The notes beneath the pieces were generated by a model. It saw only the letters and a list, made by a program, of their open reading frames with translations. It ran no database searches and was not told where the DNA came from. This document shows positions 1 through 12,100 of a stretch of 64,000 nucleotides of DNA, in pieces (within the stretch, counting starts at the first letter, position 1; each line of letters starts with the position of its first letter). The stretch is from assembly GCA_035514295.1 (NCBI GenBank), contig DATKBB010000012.1, positions 21,385 to 85,384 on the forward strand, in the 5' to 3' direction. The position numbers and the translations under genes are program-made. This DNA comes from Candidatus Limnocylindria bacterium. Its GTDB lineage: Bacteria; Chloroflexota; Limnocylindria; Limnocylindrales; CSP1-4.

Positions 1-3
1 CCG

Positions 4-2110
<2,107 letters not shown>

Positions 2111-2112
<2 letters not shown>

Positions 2113-2127
2113 GCCCTTCGCGGGCTC
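2111..2127. terminator. GC-rich hairpin (GAGCCC-TTCGC-GGGCTC) between convergent ftsH and the methyltransferase gene; putative bidirectional terminator
   Basis: Perfect 6 bp stem with 5 nt loop. It overlaps the ftsH stop codon at 2110-2112 and the minus-strand stop at 2127-2129. Confidence 0.3.
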
Positions 2128-2606
2128 TAGTAGAGCCAGGGGATAAAGCGTCTAGTCCGGCGGGCGTAGTCCTCGTACTCGGGATAGCGCTGCCGCAGCC
2201 AGCTCTCCTCGCGGCGCGCCTTGAGGTCGAGCAGGAGGGCCAGCAGGGCGCACAGGGCCAGAGCGGGCAGGCTGGCTCGGATCAGCGCGTAGCCCATGGC
2301 CGAGAGGATGACGCCCAGGTAGATCGGATGGCGCACGTAGCGGTACAGTCCGCTCCGCGCAAGTGAGCCGCGCGAGACCGGCTTGGGCAGCGGACTGGCG
2401 GCGCGGCCCAGGGCCAGCGCGGCCACCGCCACCAGCAGCAGGCCGCCGGCCATCAGCGCCGCGCCGAGGGCGACGCCAGCCAGGCCGGCCATGCCACTCC
2501 AGCTGCCCGCGAACTGGCCGGCAGCAGCGACGATCAGCGCCAGGAGCAGCAGTTGGAGCACGAACCAGCCCTCGCCGCGCGGGCCCAGGCTCGGCAGGCG
2601 GCTCAT
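2127..2606 (-). CDS. isoprenylcysteine carboxyl methyltransferase (ICMT/PEMT) family membrane protein, about 159 aa
   Basis: RHPIYLG motif, hydrophobic N-terminus, and C-terminal ...[20 protein letters not shown] typical of the ICMT/phospholipid methyltransferase family. The true ATG at 2604-2606 overlaps the fabI stop; the longer 342-aa ORF runs through fabI. Confidence 0.7.
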   Translation of the reverse strand: MSRLPSLGPRGEGWFVLQLLLLALIVAAAGQFAGSWSGMAGLAGVALGAALMAGGLLLVAVAALALGRAASPLPKPVSRGSLARSGLYRYVRHPIYLGVILSAMGYALIRASLPALALCALLALLLDLKARREESWLRQRYPEYEDYARRTRRFIPWLY

Positions 2607-3385
2607 GCCTCGGGCGTGGGCACCCCGACGACGTTGAAGCCGGCGTCGACGTAGAGCACCTCGCCTGTCACTGCCCGTGAGAGGTCGCTGGCCAGGAAGA
2701 CGGCTGCCCCACCGACGTCCTCGATCGAGATGTTGCGGCGCAGCGGCGCGACGTCCTTGAACCGACCGTACATCGTCCGGAAACCGGCGATGCCCGAAGC
2801 GGCCAGGGTACGCACGGGACCGGCGCTGATGGCGTTGACGCGGATGCCCGGCGGTCCCAGGTCGACGGCCAGATAGCGCACGCTGGCCTCCAGCGCCGCC
2901 TTGGCCACGCCCATCACGTTGTAGTTGGCGACCACCTTCTCCGCGCCGTAGTAGGTCAGCGTGATAATGCTGCCGCCCTCGGCCATCAGCGGCGCGGCCG
3001 CACGGCTCAGCGCGACCAGCGAGTACGCGCTCACGTCGAGCGCGACGGCGAAGCCCTCGCGCGAGGTGTCCACGAAACGCCCGTCGAGGTCCTCGCGGCG
3101 CGCGAAGGCCAGCGCATGGACCAGCACGTCCAGCCGCCCCTCCCGCTCGCGCCACAGGTCGAACACACGTGAGATCTGCTCATCGTTTTGCACGTCGCAC
3201 GGCTCTACGAAGGTCGAGCCCAGGCTTTGGGCCAGCGGCCTGACGCGCCTCTCCATCAGCGCCTTCACCGAGCTGAAGCCGACGCTCGCCCCCTCTTCGT
3301 GGAGCGCACGAGCAATGCCCCAGGCGATCGAGTGATCGTTGGCGACGCCGAACACGAGCGCCTTGCGGCCGGACAGCAAGCCCAT
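2603..3385 (-). CDS. fabI: enoyl-[acyl-carrier-protein] reductase (NADH) FabI
   Basis: N-terminus [33 protein letters not shown] closely matches the E. coli FabI N-terminus. [17 protein letters not shown] catalytic region is present, and a GGAGG RBS sits upstream of the ATG. Confidence 0.9.
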   Translation of the reverse strand: MGLLSGRKALVFGVANDHSIAWGIARALHEEGASVGFSSVKALMERRVRPLAQSLGSTFVEPCDVQNDEQISRVFDLWREREGRLDVLVHALAFARREDLDGRFVDTSREGFAVALDVSAYSLVALSRAAAPLMAEGGSIITLTYYGAEKVVANYNVMGVAKAALEASVRYLAVDLGPPGIRVNAISAGPVRTLAASGIAGFRTMYGRFKDVAPLRRNISIEDVGGAAVFLASDLSRAVTGEVLYVDAGFNVVGVPTPEA

Positions 3386-3462
3386 GGGACCTCCTGCTCA
3401 TAGCATGCCGTACGAGAGGCCGGTGCAAGGGCTGACCTCGCGCCCCTGAGCATGACGCTATC

Positions 3463-5754
3463 GTGTCCGCCAGCTTGAGCGCAACCGCCCGAGGAGGGCG
3501 TCTGCTCAGGGTCCGGCTCGTCACCGTCCTGCTCGGCGTGACGCTGCTGGCCCTGGCCGCGCCAGTGGGCGCCGCCGCAGAGCGCTCGCCGACGCAGCGC
3601 TGGATCGTCCAGCTGAGGCCGTCGGCCGGCGTCCACGGTTTCCTCGGCCGAGCGGACCGAAGCCTGGCTCTCCGGCCCACGCACGTCTTCGACAACGTCC
3701 TGCGCGGCTTCTCGGCCGAGCTGACGGACAGTCAGCGGCGCCGGCTGCTCAGCGACCCGCAGGTGCTGGCCGTCGTGCCGGATCTACCCACGCGCACCGC
3801 CGCCGAGCCGCAGCCCGTGCCGCCGGGTGTGGAGCGCGTGGGTGCCCATCCATCGGCTGTGCGGGCGGTGGACGGCTCCGACCCCGAGCTCGACGTGGAC
3901 ATCGCCATCCTCGACACCGGCATCGACAGGTCGCACCCCGATCTGCGCGTGGTGGGCGGCAAGAACTGCACCAACACCAGCGCCGGCTGGGCGCGCGACA
4001 TCCACGGCCACGGCACGCACGTGGCCGGCATCGCCGCGGCGCGCGACAACCAGCTCGGCGTGGTGGGCGTTGCGCCGGGGGCCCGGCTGTGGTCTGTGAA
4101 GGTGCTCAACAACAACGGCAATGGCTATGTCTCCTGGCTGATCTGCGGGCTCGACTGGGTGGCCGGACTGCGCGACCCGGCGGACGCCAGCCTGCCGCGC
4201 ATCGAGGTGGTCAACATGAGCCTGCGCATGAACGGCTCCGACGACGGCAACTGCGGGCGGTCGAAAGGCGACCTGCTGCACCAGGCCATCTGCAGGCTCG
4301 ACCGGGCCGGCGTGACAGTCGTGGCGGCGGCCGGAAACGACCGCTACGACGCCGCGCGCGTGACGCCGGCGGCCTACGACGAGGTGATCACGGTCTCAGC
4401 CCTGGCCGACTACGACGGCCTGCCCGGCGGCCAGGCCAGCCCCTTCCCGCCCAGCGAGTGCAGCCGTCAGGACGCCGATGATGCGTTCGCCGGCTTCAGC
4501 AACTTCGGGGCGGACGTCGACCTGATCGCGCCCGGCGTATGCGTGTTGTCGACCATGCCGGGCAACAGCTATGGCCGGATGAGCGGCACGTCGATGGCCA
4601 CGCCGCTCGTCGCCGGCGGCGTCGCGCTGTACCACCTGCACGAGCGGGCGTTGGGACGCTCGCGGCCCACGCCGCAGGCGACCCGTGCAGCGCTGCTCGC
4701 CCTGGGCTCGTACGACTGGCTGACGGAGACGGACCGGGACAACATTGCCGAGCCTCTGCTGGACGTCTCGTCGCTCGACCCGACGCCTGGGTTCCAGTTG
4801 GGCGCCTCGCCTCTCGTGCAGCACCGTGGACCGGGCGAGACGGCCACCCTCGACGTCTGGCTGGCCCGCCTGGGCGGCTTCGACGGTGAGATCGCGCTGG
4901 ACGTGAGCGGCCTACCGGCCGGCGCGTCGTGGAGCACGGCTGCCGGCGCCGTCTTCGAGGAGGCAGAGAGCGGCTGGCGCAGGCTGTCGTTCACCCTGGA
5001 TGCTGCCGTGCCCAGCGGTGCCCACCAGATCACCGTTGCCGGCACGAGTGACGGCCATGCCCCGCAGGCGGTCAGCGTCATGCTGCACGTGGCCTCGGGC
5101 GTAGCGGGCGACCCCGCCGCACCGCGGTCCCTGCTGCTTTCGGGCATGACCAGCAAGTCCGTGGCGCTGCCCGTCCGTGTGCGCTGGGATCGCGTCGCGG
5201 GCGCACAGCGCTATGAGCTGCAAGTCAGCCGCGACGGCTCACCATGGGCGAACGTGACTCTGCCCAGCGGCACGGCGCGGGCCGTGACCGCGACCGCCTG
5301 GCCGGGCAGCGCGTACCGCTACCGCGTGCGGGTCAGGCAGGACAATTCCTGGGGCGCCTGGCTGCTGGGAGCTTCAACCACGGCCACGCCGCACTACGCC
5401 GGCGAGACCGTGGCGCTGACCGGCTCGTGGACCGGTTTCTCGAACGCCGGCGCCTACTCCGAAACCCCGGCTTACTCCGGGCAGGCGGGCGCGCGCGCCA
5501 CGCTGGCCTTCAGCGGGCGCAGTGTCAGCTGGATCACGACCCGCGGCCCCGGACGTGGACGTGCTCGCGTCTACCTGGACGGCACGCTGGCCGCGACGAT
5601 CGACCTGCGCGCCTCGAGCGTGCAGCACCGCCGCGTGGCATTCGCCAAGTCGTGGGCCACATCCGGCGAACACACCATCGTCGTGGAGGTGCTGGGCACC
5701 AGCGGCCGGCCGCGCGTGGACGTCGACGCGATCGTGGTCGTCAGCACGGACTGA
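3463..5754 (+). CDS. secreted S8 family subtilisin-like serine protease with I9 propeptide and C-terminal Fn3-like/beta-rich extension
   Basis: Signal peptide present. Catalytic triad motifs DTGID, HGTHVAG and GTSMATP are all present. Long C-terminal domains follow. GTG start inferred. Confidence 0.85.
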   Translation: MSASLSATARGGRLLRVRLVTVLLGVTLLALAAPVGAAAERSPTQRWIVQLRPSAGVHGFLGRADRSLALRPTHVFDNVLRGFSAELTDSQRRRLLSDPQVLAVVPDLPTRTAAEPQPVPPGVERVGAHPSAVRAVDGSDPELDVDIAILDTGIDRSHPDLRVVGGKNCTNTSAGWARDIHGHGTHVAGIAAARDNQLGVVGVAPGARLWSVKVLNNNGNGYVSWLICGLDWVAGLRDPADASLPRIEVVNMSLRMNGSDDGNCGRSKGDLLHQAICRLDRAGVTVVAAAGNDRYDAARVTPAAYDEVITVSALADYDGLPGGQASPFPPSECSRQDADDAFAGFSNFGADVDLIAPGVCVLSTMPGNSYGRMSGTSMATPLVAGGVALYHLHERALGRSRPTPQATRAALLALGSYDWLTETDRDNIAEPLLDVSSLDPTPGFQLGASPLVQHRGPGETATLDVWLARLGGFDGEIALDVSGLPAGASWSTAAGAVFEEAESGWRRLSFTLDAAVPSGAHQITVAGTSDGHAPQAVSVMLHVASGVAGDPAAPRSLLLSGMTSKSVALPVRVRWDRVAGAQRYELQVSRDGSPWANVTLPSGTARAVTATAWPGSAYRYRVRVRQDNSWGAWLLGASTTATPHYAGETVALTGSWTGFSNAGAYSETPAYSGQAGARATLAFSGRSVSWITTRGPGRGRARVYLDGTLAATIDLRASSVQHRRVAFAKSWATSGEHTIVVEVLGTSGRPRVDVDAIVVVSTD

Positions 5755-5758
5755 GCCG

Positions 5759-7189
5759 TCAGTCGGGGGCACGCCCCCGCGCCGCCCGCTGGTAGGCGGC
5801 CAGGTACTCGGCAGCCGGACGGCGCCATGAGAAGTCCTGGGCCATGCCTCGCTGCTGGACAGCCCGCCAGCGGCGTTCGTCGGCCAAAGCGGCCATCGCC
5901 CGCTCGCACGCATCGGCCAGCGCGGCCGCGTCTGCGGGCAGGAAGCTGAAGCCGTTGCCGTCGGAGTGCTCGTCCGCGTCGCGGACCGTGTCGGCCAGGC
6001 CGCCGGTGGCACGCACGACCGGGATCGTGCCGTAGCGCAGCGAGATCATCTGGCCCTGGCCAGAAGGCTCGAAACGCGAGGGCATCAGGAAGCAGTCCGC
6101 CCCGGCGTAGATGCGTCGGGCAAGGTCGCGATCGAAGCGGTCGACCACCGCCAGCCTGCCCTCGTGAGTGCGGGCGAGTTCCTGCAGCCCACCGATCAGC
6201 GAGCGGTCGCCGGTCCCCAGCACGACCAGCCGGGCCCCGGCCGCCAGCAGACGAGGCGCGGCCTGCGCCAGCAGGTCAAAGCCCTTCTGCGGATCCAGCC
6301 GGCCGACCATGCCGAAGAGCGCCCCGTCGGCCGCCAGCCCGAGCTCACGGGCCAGCGCACTGCGGCAGACCGCCTTGCCGGCCTGGTCGTCGGCCGAGTA
6401 GGTCTGTGGCAGGGCGTCGTCCGTGGCCGGGTCCCAAAGCTCGGTATCGATGCCGTTGAGGATGCCGAAGTAGCGGTCGCCGCGCGCGCGCAGGGCATCG
6501 TCCACGCCCATACCCATCTCCCGCCGGCGTGATTCGGCCGCGAAGGTGGGGCTGACGGTGTTGACCAGGTCGGCGGCGAGGATGCCTTCGCGCAGCAGGT
6601 CCACGCCGTCGGGCGCACCAACGCCTGGCGGCAGGTCCAGCTGACGGGCCACCTCGCCCCGCGGCACCCAGCCGTGGTAGGCCAGGTTGTGGCAGGAGAG
6701 CAGGGTAGGCATGTGGGCCAGCAGCGGGTCGCGGCCGTAGCGCTGGCGTAGCAGCAGGATGGCCGGCACTCCCTCCCAGTCGTGGGCATGGAGCACGTCG
6801 GCTGCCCGGCCCTCGGCGCGCATGGCCTCAAGCGCCGTCCGCCCCAGGAGCGTGAAGCGGGCGCCGTTGTCGGGGTAGTCGCGGCCGTCCTGCACGTAGA
6901 AGTCGGGCCGATCGAAGCCGGGCTGGTGTTCGACCAGGCGCAGGCGGTAGCCGTCAGCGGGTGAGCTGAGCAGGCGGACCGAAACGTCGGTCCCTTCGCC
7001 GGTCGGGGTCGACAGCTCGAGGACCTCCGGCTCGCCCGGCGGCTCCACACCCCGATAGCGCGGCAGGTAGACGTCCACCTCGTGACCGGCCTGTCCCAGC
7101 GCACGGGAAAGGGCGTCGACTACGTCGGCCAGGCCGCCGGTCTTGGCGAACGGCTCGCACTCGGAACTGACCATCGCGATGCGCATGGC
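5759..7189 (-). CDS. glgA: glycogen synthase (ADP-glucose type) GlgA
   Basis: MRIAMVSSECEPFAKTGGLADVV GT5 N-terminal motif and C-terminal GT1 domain. Start placed at the internal MRIAMV (7187-7189) rather than the ORF-track start. Confidence 0.85.
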   Translation of the reverse strand, partial: AMRIAMVSSECEPFAKTGGLADVVDALSRALGQAGHEVDVYLPRYRGVEPPGEPEVLELSTPTGEGTDVSVRLLSSPADGYRLRLVEHQPGFDRPDFYVQDGRDYPDNGARFTLLGRTALEAMRAEGRAADVLHAHDWEGVPAILLLRQRYGRDPLLAHMPTLLSCHNLAYHGWVPRGEVARQLDLPPGVGAPDGVDLLREGILAADLVNTVSPTFAAESRRREMGMGVDDALRARGDRYFGILNGIDTELWDPATDDALPQTYSADDQAGKAVCRSALARELGLAADGALFGMVGRLDPQKGFDLLAQAAPRLLAAGARLVVLGTGDRSLIGGLQELARTHEGRLAVVDRFDRDLARRIYAGADCFLMPSRFEPSGQGQMISLRYGTIPVVRATGGLADTVRDADEHSDGNGFSFLPADAAALADACERAMAALADERRWRAVQQRGMAQDFSWRRPAAEYLAAYQRAARGRAPD

Positions 7190-7280
7190 CCGACATGCTA
7201 GGGCGGCATCGCGGCGGCTGCCATGCGAACCCAGCACTTGGCTCCTGGCTCGGCCGCCTTTCGCCGCCGGATTGTGCCTG

Positions 7281-7457
7281 ACAGTCACATACTCGGGCTT
7301 GCTGGGCCCTTAGGCCCTCGATCGCCCGTCTGGTCGCGCCCACCCACGCTCCGCCCTTGCCCGGCCCGAGGTCCGACACGCCGTTTCCAGGGCGGCTGCC
7401 GGTGGTCGTCCGGGCTAGGTACCTCGGAAGCGGCCGACATGTGACTGTGGGTCACAT
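7281..7457. promoter_or_regulatory. glgA/glgP divergent promoter region with three copies of ATGTGAC/GTCACAT, including the perfect inverted repeat ATGTGAC-TGTGG-GTCACAT at 7439-7457
   Basis: ACAGTCACAT at 7281-7290 and ATGTGACTGTGGGTCACAT at 7439-7457 were read directly. The overlapping palindromes AACCGGTT/GGTTAACC lie at 7536-7547. Confidence 0.3.
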
Positions 7458-7580
7458 CGTCCAGGCCAAAGGTCGGTCCGCGGGCCCCGGTCCACGTGCC
7501 TGGTCCGCTGAGGTACGCATAACCCGGTACATCTGAACCGGTTAACCCTGCCGGCCCGCGTCGTGTAGCATGCCTCGATC

Positions 7581-9794
7581 GTGCCGAGCCACATGAAAAT
7601 ACCGACCTTGGCACCGGCAGGCCTGAGACTGCCGGCCCAGCTCGAAGGCCTCGAGCGACTCGCCTACAACCTCTACTGGATCTGGCACCCGCGCGTGCGC
7701 GTCCTGTTCCGGCGCATTGACGCCGGCAGCTGGCTGCGCTACCGCAACCCCGTGCCGATCATCCAGGAGCAGCGCAACTGGTCGAACGTGGTCGACGACG
7801 TCGACCTGCAGGCCGAGTACGTCACGCTCCTGGACCGCTTCGACCAGTACATGGCCAACGGCAGCGGCCACTGGTTCGACCGCCGCCATGGCGGGGAGCT
7901 GGACGGGCCGCTCGCTTACTTCTGCGCCGAGTACGGCCTGCACGAGTCGATGGGCATCTACTCGGGCGGCCTGGGCGTGCTGGCCGGTGACCACCTGAAG
8001 GCCGCCTCGGACATGGCCCTGCCCTTCGTGGGCGTGGGCCTGTTCTACCGGCGCGGCTACTTCCGCCAGACGATCGACGCCGACGGGCACCAGGAGCACG
8101 CCTACCCCGACTACGACCCGCTGCGCCTGCCGCTGCGCCAGGTGGCCGACGACGACGGCGGCCCGCTGCGCATCCCCGTCGAGCTGCCGGGCAGGACGGT
8201 CTGGTGCGCGGTCTGGCTGGCCCAGGTCGGGCGCGTGCCGCTGCTGCTGCTCGACACTGACATCCCCGAGAACGACGACGCGGACCGGCCCATCACCCAC
8301 ATCCTCTACGTCCGCGGCCGGGAGATGCGCCTGCACCAGGAGATCGTGCTGGGCGTGGGCGGAGTGCGCGTGCTGCGCGCGCTGGGGATCGAGCCGTCTG
8401 CCTGGCACCTCAACGAGGGCCACTCGGCCTTCATGATCGTCGAGCGCACGCGCGAGCAAACATTGCGCGGCGTCCCGCCGGAGGAAGCCTTCGCGCAGGT
8501 CAAGCGCAACGCGGTGTTCACCATCCACACGCCGGTCTCGGCCGGCAACGAGCGCTTCGACGCCGGCCTCGTGCGCCGCCTGGCCTCGCCACTGGTCGAA
8601 TCGGGCGGGCTGGACATGGAGCGCATCCTCGAGCTGGGCCGGGGCGTGGACGGCGACACCGGGCAGTTCGACATGACCGCCTTCTCGCTGCGCCTGACCA
8701 ACGGCGCCAATGCCGTCAGCAAGCTGCACGCCGAGACGGCCAACGGCACCTGGCAAGGGGTTTCACCCGGCCCGGTCCTGGGCATCACCAACGGCGTGCA
8801 CCCACCCTCCTGGCTGGGTGAGCCCATCCGCCAGCTCTACCAGGCGCAGGGCGCGGACGTGGACAACCTGGACAACTCGAAGGCTGCCCAGCGCTTCTGG
8901 GAGCGGCTGGACAAGATCCCCGACGCACAGCTGTGGGAGGCGCACCGCCGCCAGAAGCTGGAACTGGCCATGTTCGCCCGCCGCCGGCTGCAGCTCCAGT
9001 TCGCGCGCCACGGCGAGCCGCCGGCGCTGCTGGAGGAGCTGTCGGAGGCGCTCGACCCAGACGCGCTGACCATTGGTTTCGCGCGCCGCTTCGCGACCTA
9101 CAAGCGGGCCGCGCTGCTCTTCTCTGACGAGGAGCGGCTGGCGCGCGTCCTGTTCAACACCGAGCGGCCAGTGCAGATCCTGTTCGCCGGCAAGGCGCAT
9201 CCCGCCGATCGGCCCGGCCAGCGCGTGATCCAGGACATCTTCACGCGCGCCAGGGCTCCCAAGCTGGCTCGTCGGGTGTTCATCATGGAGGACTACGACA
9301 TCCGCATCGGGCGCTACCTGGTGCAGGGCGTGGACGTCTGGCTCAACAACCCGCGCCGGCCGCTGGAGGCCTCCGGGACGAGCGGCATGAAGGCGGCCAT
9401 GAACGGACTCGTCAATTGCTCCGTACTCGACGGCTGGTGGGACGAGGGCTTCAAGGGCAACAACGGCTGGGCCATCGGCGGGCGGCAGACGAACCCCGAC
9501 GAGGGCGCCCAGGACTGGGCCGACGCGCAGGAGATGTACCGGCTGCTCGAAGAGGAGATCGTGCCGGCCTACTTCGAGCGCGACGCGCAGGGCCTGCCCC
9601 GGCGCTGGCTGAAGCTGATGAAGGAATCGATGGCCAGCACCATCTGGCAGTTCTCGACCACGCGCATGCTCGAGGAGTACGTCGAACAGCTCTACCTGCC
9701 GGCCGCGCGCAACGCCGCGCCGACCGGCGCCCCGACCCGGCCCGCCGCAGTCGCGGGCAGGGCCGCCGCCGGCAGGGCCACCAAGAGCAGCTGA
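7581..9794 (+). CDS. glgP: alpha-glucan phosphorylase (GT35, TIGR02094/DUF3417-type)
   Basis: N-terminus ...LERLAYNLYWIWHPRVRVLFRRID is characteristic of the alpha-glucan phosphorylase subfamily. Length 737 aa. Start is GTG 7581 or ATG 7593. Confidence 0.85.
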   Translation: MPSHMKIPTLAPAGLRLPAQLEGLERLAYNLYWIWHPRVRVLFRRIDAGSWLRYRNPVPIIQEQRNWSNVVDDVDLQAEYVTLLDRFDQYMANGSGHWFDRRHGGELDGPLAYFCAEYGLHESMGIYSGGLGVLAGDHLKAASDMALPFVGVGLFYRRGYFRQTIDADGHQEHAYPDYDPLRLPLRQVADDDGGPLRIPVELPGRTVWCAVWLAQVGRVPLLLLDTDIPENDDADRPITHILYVRGREMRLHQEIVLGVGGVRVLRALGIEPSAWHLNEGHSAFMIVERTREQTLRGVPPEEAFAQVKRNAVFTIHTPVSAGNERFDAGLVRRLASPLVESGGLDMERILELGRGVDGDTGQFDMTAFSLRLTNGANAVSKLHAETANGTWQGVSPGPVLGITNGVHPPSWLGEPIRQLYQAQGADVDNLDNSKAAQRFWERLDKIPDAQLWEAHRRQKLELAMFARRRLQLQFARHGEPPALLEELSEALDPDALTIGFARRFATYKRAALLFSDEERLARVLFNTERPVQILFAGKAHPADRPGQRVIQDIFTRARAPKLARRVFIMEDYDIRIGRYLVQGVDVWLNNPRRPLEASGTSGMKAAMNGLVNCSVLDGWWDEGFKGNNGWAIGGRQTNPDEGAQDWADAQEMYRLLEEEIVPAYFERDAQGLPRRWLKLMKESMASTIWQFSTTRMLEEYVEQLYLPAARNAAPTGAPTRPAAVAGRAAAGRATKSS

Positions 9795-9811
9795 GCCGGT
9801 TCCGCCAAGCG

Positions 9812-11905
9812 ATGGCCGGGCGCATCTCGCTCTGTCTCGTCCTGCACAACCACCAGCCGGTGGGCAACTTCGGCTGGGTGATCGAGGAGGTCTACCGGCT
9901 GGCCTACGAGCCGCTGATCGGTGCCCTCGAGCGTCACCCGACCATCCGCCTGGGACTGCACTACAGCGGCCCGCTGCTGGAGTGGCTGGAGTCGGAGCAG
10001 CCCCAGTTCCTCGAGCGGCTCAGTGCGCTCATCGCGAGCGGCCAGGTCGAGATCCTGGGCGGGGCACACTTCGAGCCCATCCTCGTGGCTCTGCCGCGGC
10101 GCGACCGGCACGGCCAGTTGACGCGCATGCGCGACGACGTGGTTCGCCGATTCGGGGTCAAGCCGGCCGGTGCCTGGCTAGCCGAGCGCGTGTGGGAGCC
10201 CTCGCTGGCCTATGACCTCGCCGCCGCCGGCTACCGCTACACCGTTCTGGACGACAACCACCTCCGCTCGGCGTCCGTGCCGGAGGACGAGATGTGGGGG
10301 ACCTACACGACCGACGACCAGGGCCGGCTGCTGACCATCTTCGGCACGGAGAAGGGCCTGCGCTATCGAATTCCCTGGCGCCCGGCCGACGAGCTGATCG
10401 ACTACCTGCGCCTGAACGCGAGGGAGGACGGTCACCGGCTGGGCACGATGGGCGACGACGGCGAGAAGTTCGGCGCCTGGCCGGGCACACACGAGCTGAG
10501 CTGGGGCAAGGGCCGCTGGGTCGACGACTGCTTCGACGCGCTGGCCGCCAACGCGGAGTGGCTGACGACGATCAAGCCGACCGACTGGCTCGAACGTGAG
10601 GCGCCGGTAGGCCGCGTCTACGTGCCCACTGCCTCGTACGTCGAGATGACCCAGTGGGCGCTGCCGGCGGACGAGGCGAACGTCTTCGAGCAGCTCGTGG
10701 CGCGCGCCGTCGAGGAAGGCTCGCCGGCGGTGCGCTTCCTGCGCGGTGGGTTGTGGCGCAACTTCCAGGCGCGCTACCGCGAGATCAACGACCTGCACAA
10801 GCAGATGCTTCGTGCTTCGGCCGCGGTCGAGGCGATGCCGGCTGGCCCCGACAGGGAGCGCGCGCTAAATCACCTCTACCGCGGGCAGTCCAACGACTGC
10901 TACTGGCACGGGCTGTTCGGCGGTGTCTACCTGCCGCACATGCGCCTGGCCACGCACGCCGAGCTGATCGCCGCCCAGGACCTGGCCGCGGGCCGGGATG
11001 CGCCGGCCGCCTCGGGCGTGGCCGACTACGACCTGGACGGCATCGACGAGGTGCTGCTCGGCTCGCTTGGCCAGAGCGTGCTGATCGATGTGGCGGAAGG
11101 TGGCGGGATCGGCGCCTGGGACCTGCGCGCGTCGCGGCTTGCGCCAGCATCAGTGCTGCGCCGGCGGCCGGAGGCGTACCACCGGCGGCTGCGCGAGGCC
11201 GAGCGCGCTCGCGCTTCCGGCAGCCCGACCGATGCAGGACCTGCCAATCCGCACGAGGAGTTGGCGGCCAAGGAGGAAGGCCTCAGCCGGTTCCTCGTGT
11301 ACGACGACTACGAGCGGCGCAGCGGCCTCGTCCGGGTGCTGAGCGGTGACCGGGAGCTGGGCGGCTTCGTCAGCGGGGAGTGGCAGCTCGAGCTCGCCGC
11401 GGCTGAGGAGGCCGTGCTCTCACGCAGCGCCGAAGGGCTGAAAGTGCGCAAGTCGATCACCCTGACGGGCGATCGGCTATCGCCTGCGCTCACGGTGGGG
11501 TTGGAAGTTCGGACGGAGTCGAGGTTAAGCGGCCAGCTGGAGCTCGAATGGAACCTGAACATGCTGGGCGGCGGCGGCAACCCGGCGGCCTACTACCGGT
11601 GGGCCGGCATGGAGGCCCGCCACGACGAGGCCGGTGAGCTGGCGGCCGACGACGCAGTTGGTTTGACCTTCGGCAATCGCAGCGAGGGCGTCGAGGTGCG
11701 CCTGTCCAGCCAGCCGGCGGCCGACGTGCGCTGGTACCCCGTGGAGACGGTCTCCAACTCGGAGGCCGGCTTCGAGCGCGTCTACCAGGGCAGCTGCGTG
11801 ATCCTGCGCTGGCCGCTCGAGCTGGCTGCCGGCGCCTCCTGCCAGTTCAGCGTCACGCTGGCCGTGACGCAGTCACGCGACCGGGAAGCCGAGGAGCGTC
11901 GGTGA
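9812..11905 (+). CDS. glycoside hydrolase family 57 alpha-glucan-active enzyme (branching enzyme/4-alpha-glucanotransferase-like)
   Basis: N-terminus MAGRISLCLVLHNHQPVGNF contains the GH57 signature HNHQP. The ORF-track ORF 9416..11905 is trimmed to the ATG at 9812. Confidence 0.8.
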   Translation: MAGRISLCLVLHNHQPVGNFGWVIEEVYRLAYEPLIGALERHPTIRLGLHYSGPLLEWLESEQPQFLERLSALIASGQVEILGGAHFEPILVALPRRDRHGQLTRMRDDVVRRFGVKPAGAWLAERVWEPSLAYDLAAAGYRYTVLDDNHLRSASVPEDEMWGTYTTDDQGRLLTIFGTEKGLRYRIPWRPADELIDYLRLNAREDGHRLGTMGDDGEKFGAWPGTHELSWGKGRWVDDCFDALAANAEWLTTIKPTDWLEREAPVGRVYVPTASYVEMTQWALPADEANVFEQLVARAVEEGSPAVRFLRGGLWRNFQARYREINDLHKQMLRASAAVEAMPAGPDRERALNHLYRGQSNDCYWHGLFGGVYLPHMRLATHAELIAAQDLAAGRDAPAASGVADYDLDGIDEVLLGSLGQSVLIDVAEGGGIGAWDLRASRLAPASVLRRRPEAYHRRLREAERARASGSPTDAGPANPHEELAAKEEGLSRFLVYDDYERRSGLVRVLSGDRELGGFVSGEWQLELAAAEEAVLSRSAEGLKVRKSITLTGDRLSPALTVGLEVRTESRLSGQLELEWNLNMLGGGGNPAAYYRWAGMEARHDEAGELAADDAVGLTFGNRSEGVEVRLSSQPAADVRWYPVETVSNSEAGFERVYQGSCVILRWPLELAAGASCQFSVTLAVTQSRDREAEERR

Positions 11906-12100
11906 GAGCTTGTAACGGACGTCTTTGCCGCCGCCCGGCGCGGTCTGGCGTCGCCTGACCCGGACGGTCGTTATGCCACCAACGCACCAGCTGCGTGATG
12001 CGTGTCGAGGCGCTACCACCTACGCGCCCAGTGCGTGAGTGGAGCGGAGCCTGCCTGCTTCTGAGCGTGGAGGCCGCAGGCGAGCTTGAGCGCACCCCGC

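Noticed and set aside
2127-3155. 342-aa minus-strand ORF extending the methyltransferase gene through fabI
   Set aside because: The N-terminal two thirds overlap the well-supported fabI in another frame. The family-conserved protein begins at the internal ATG at 2606.
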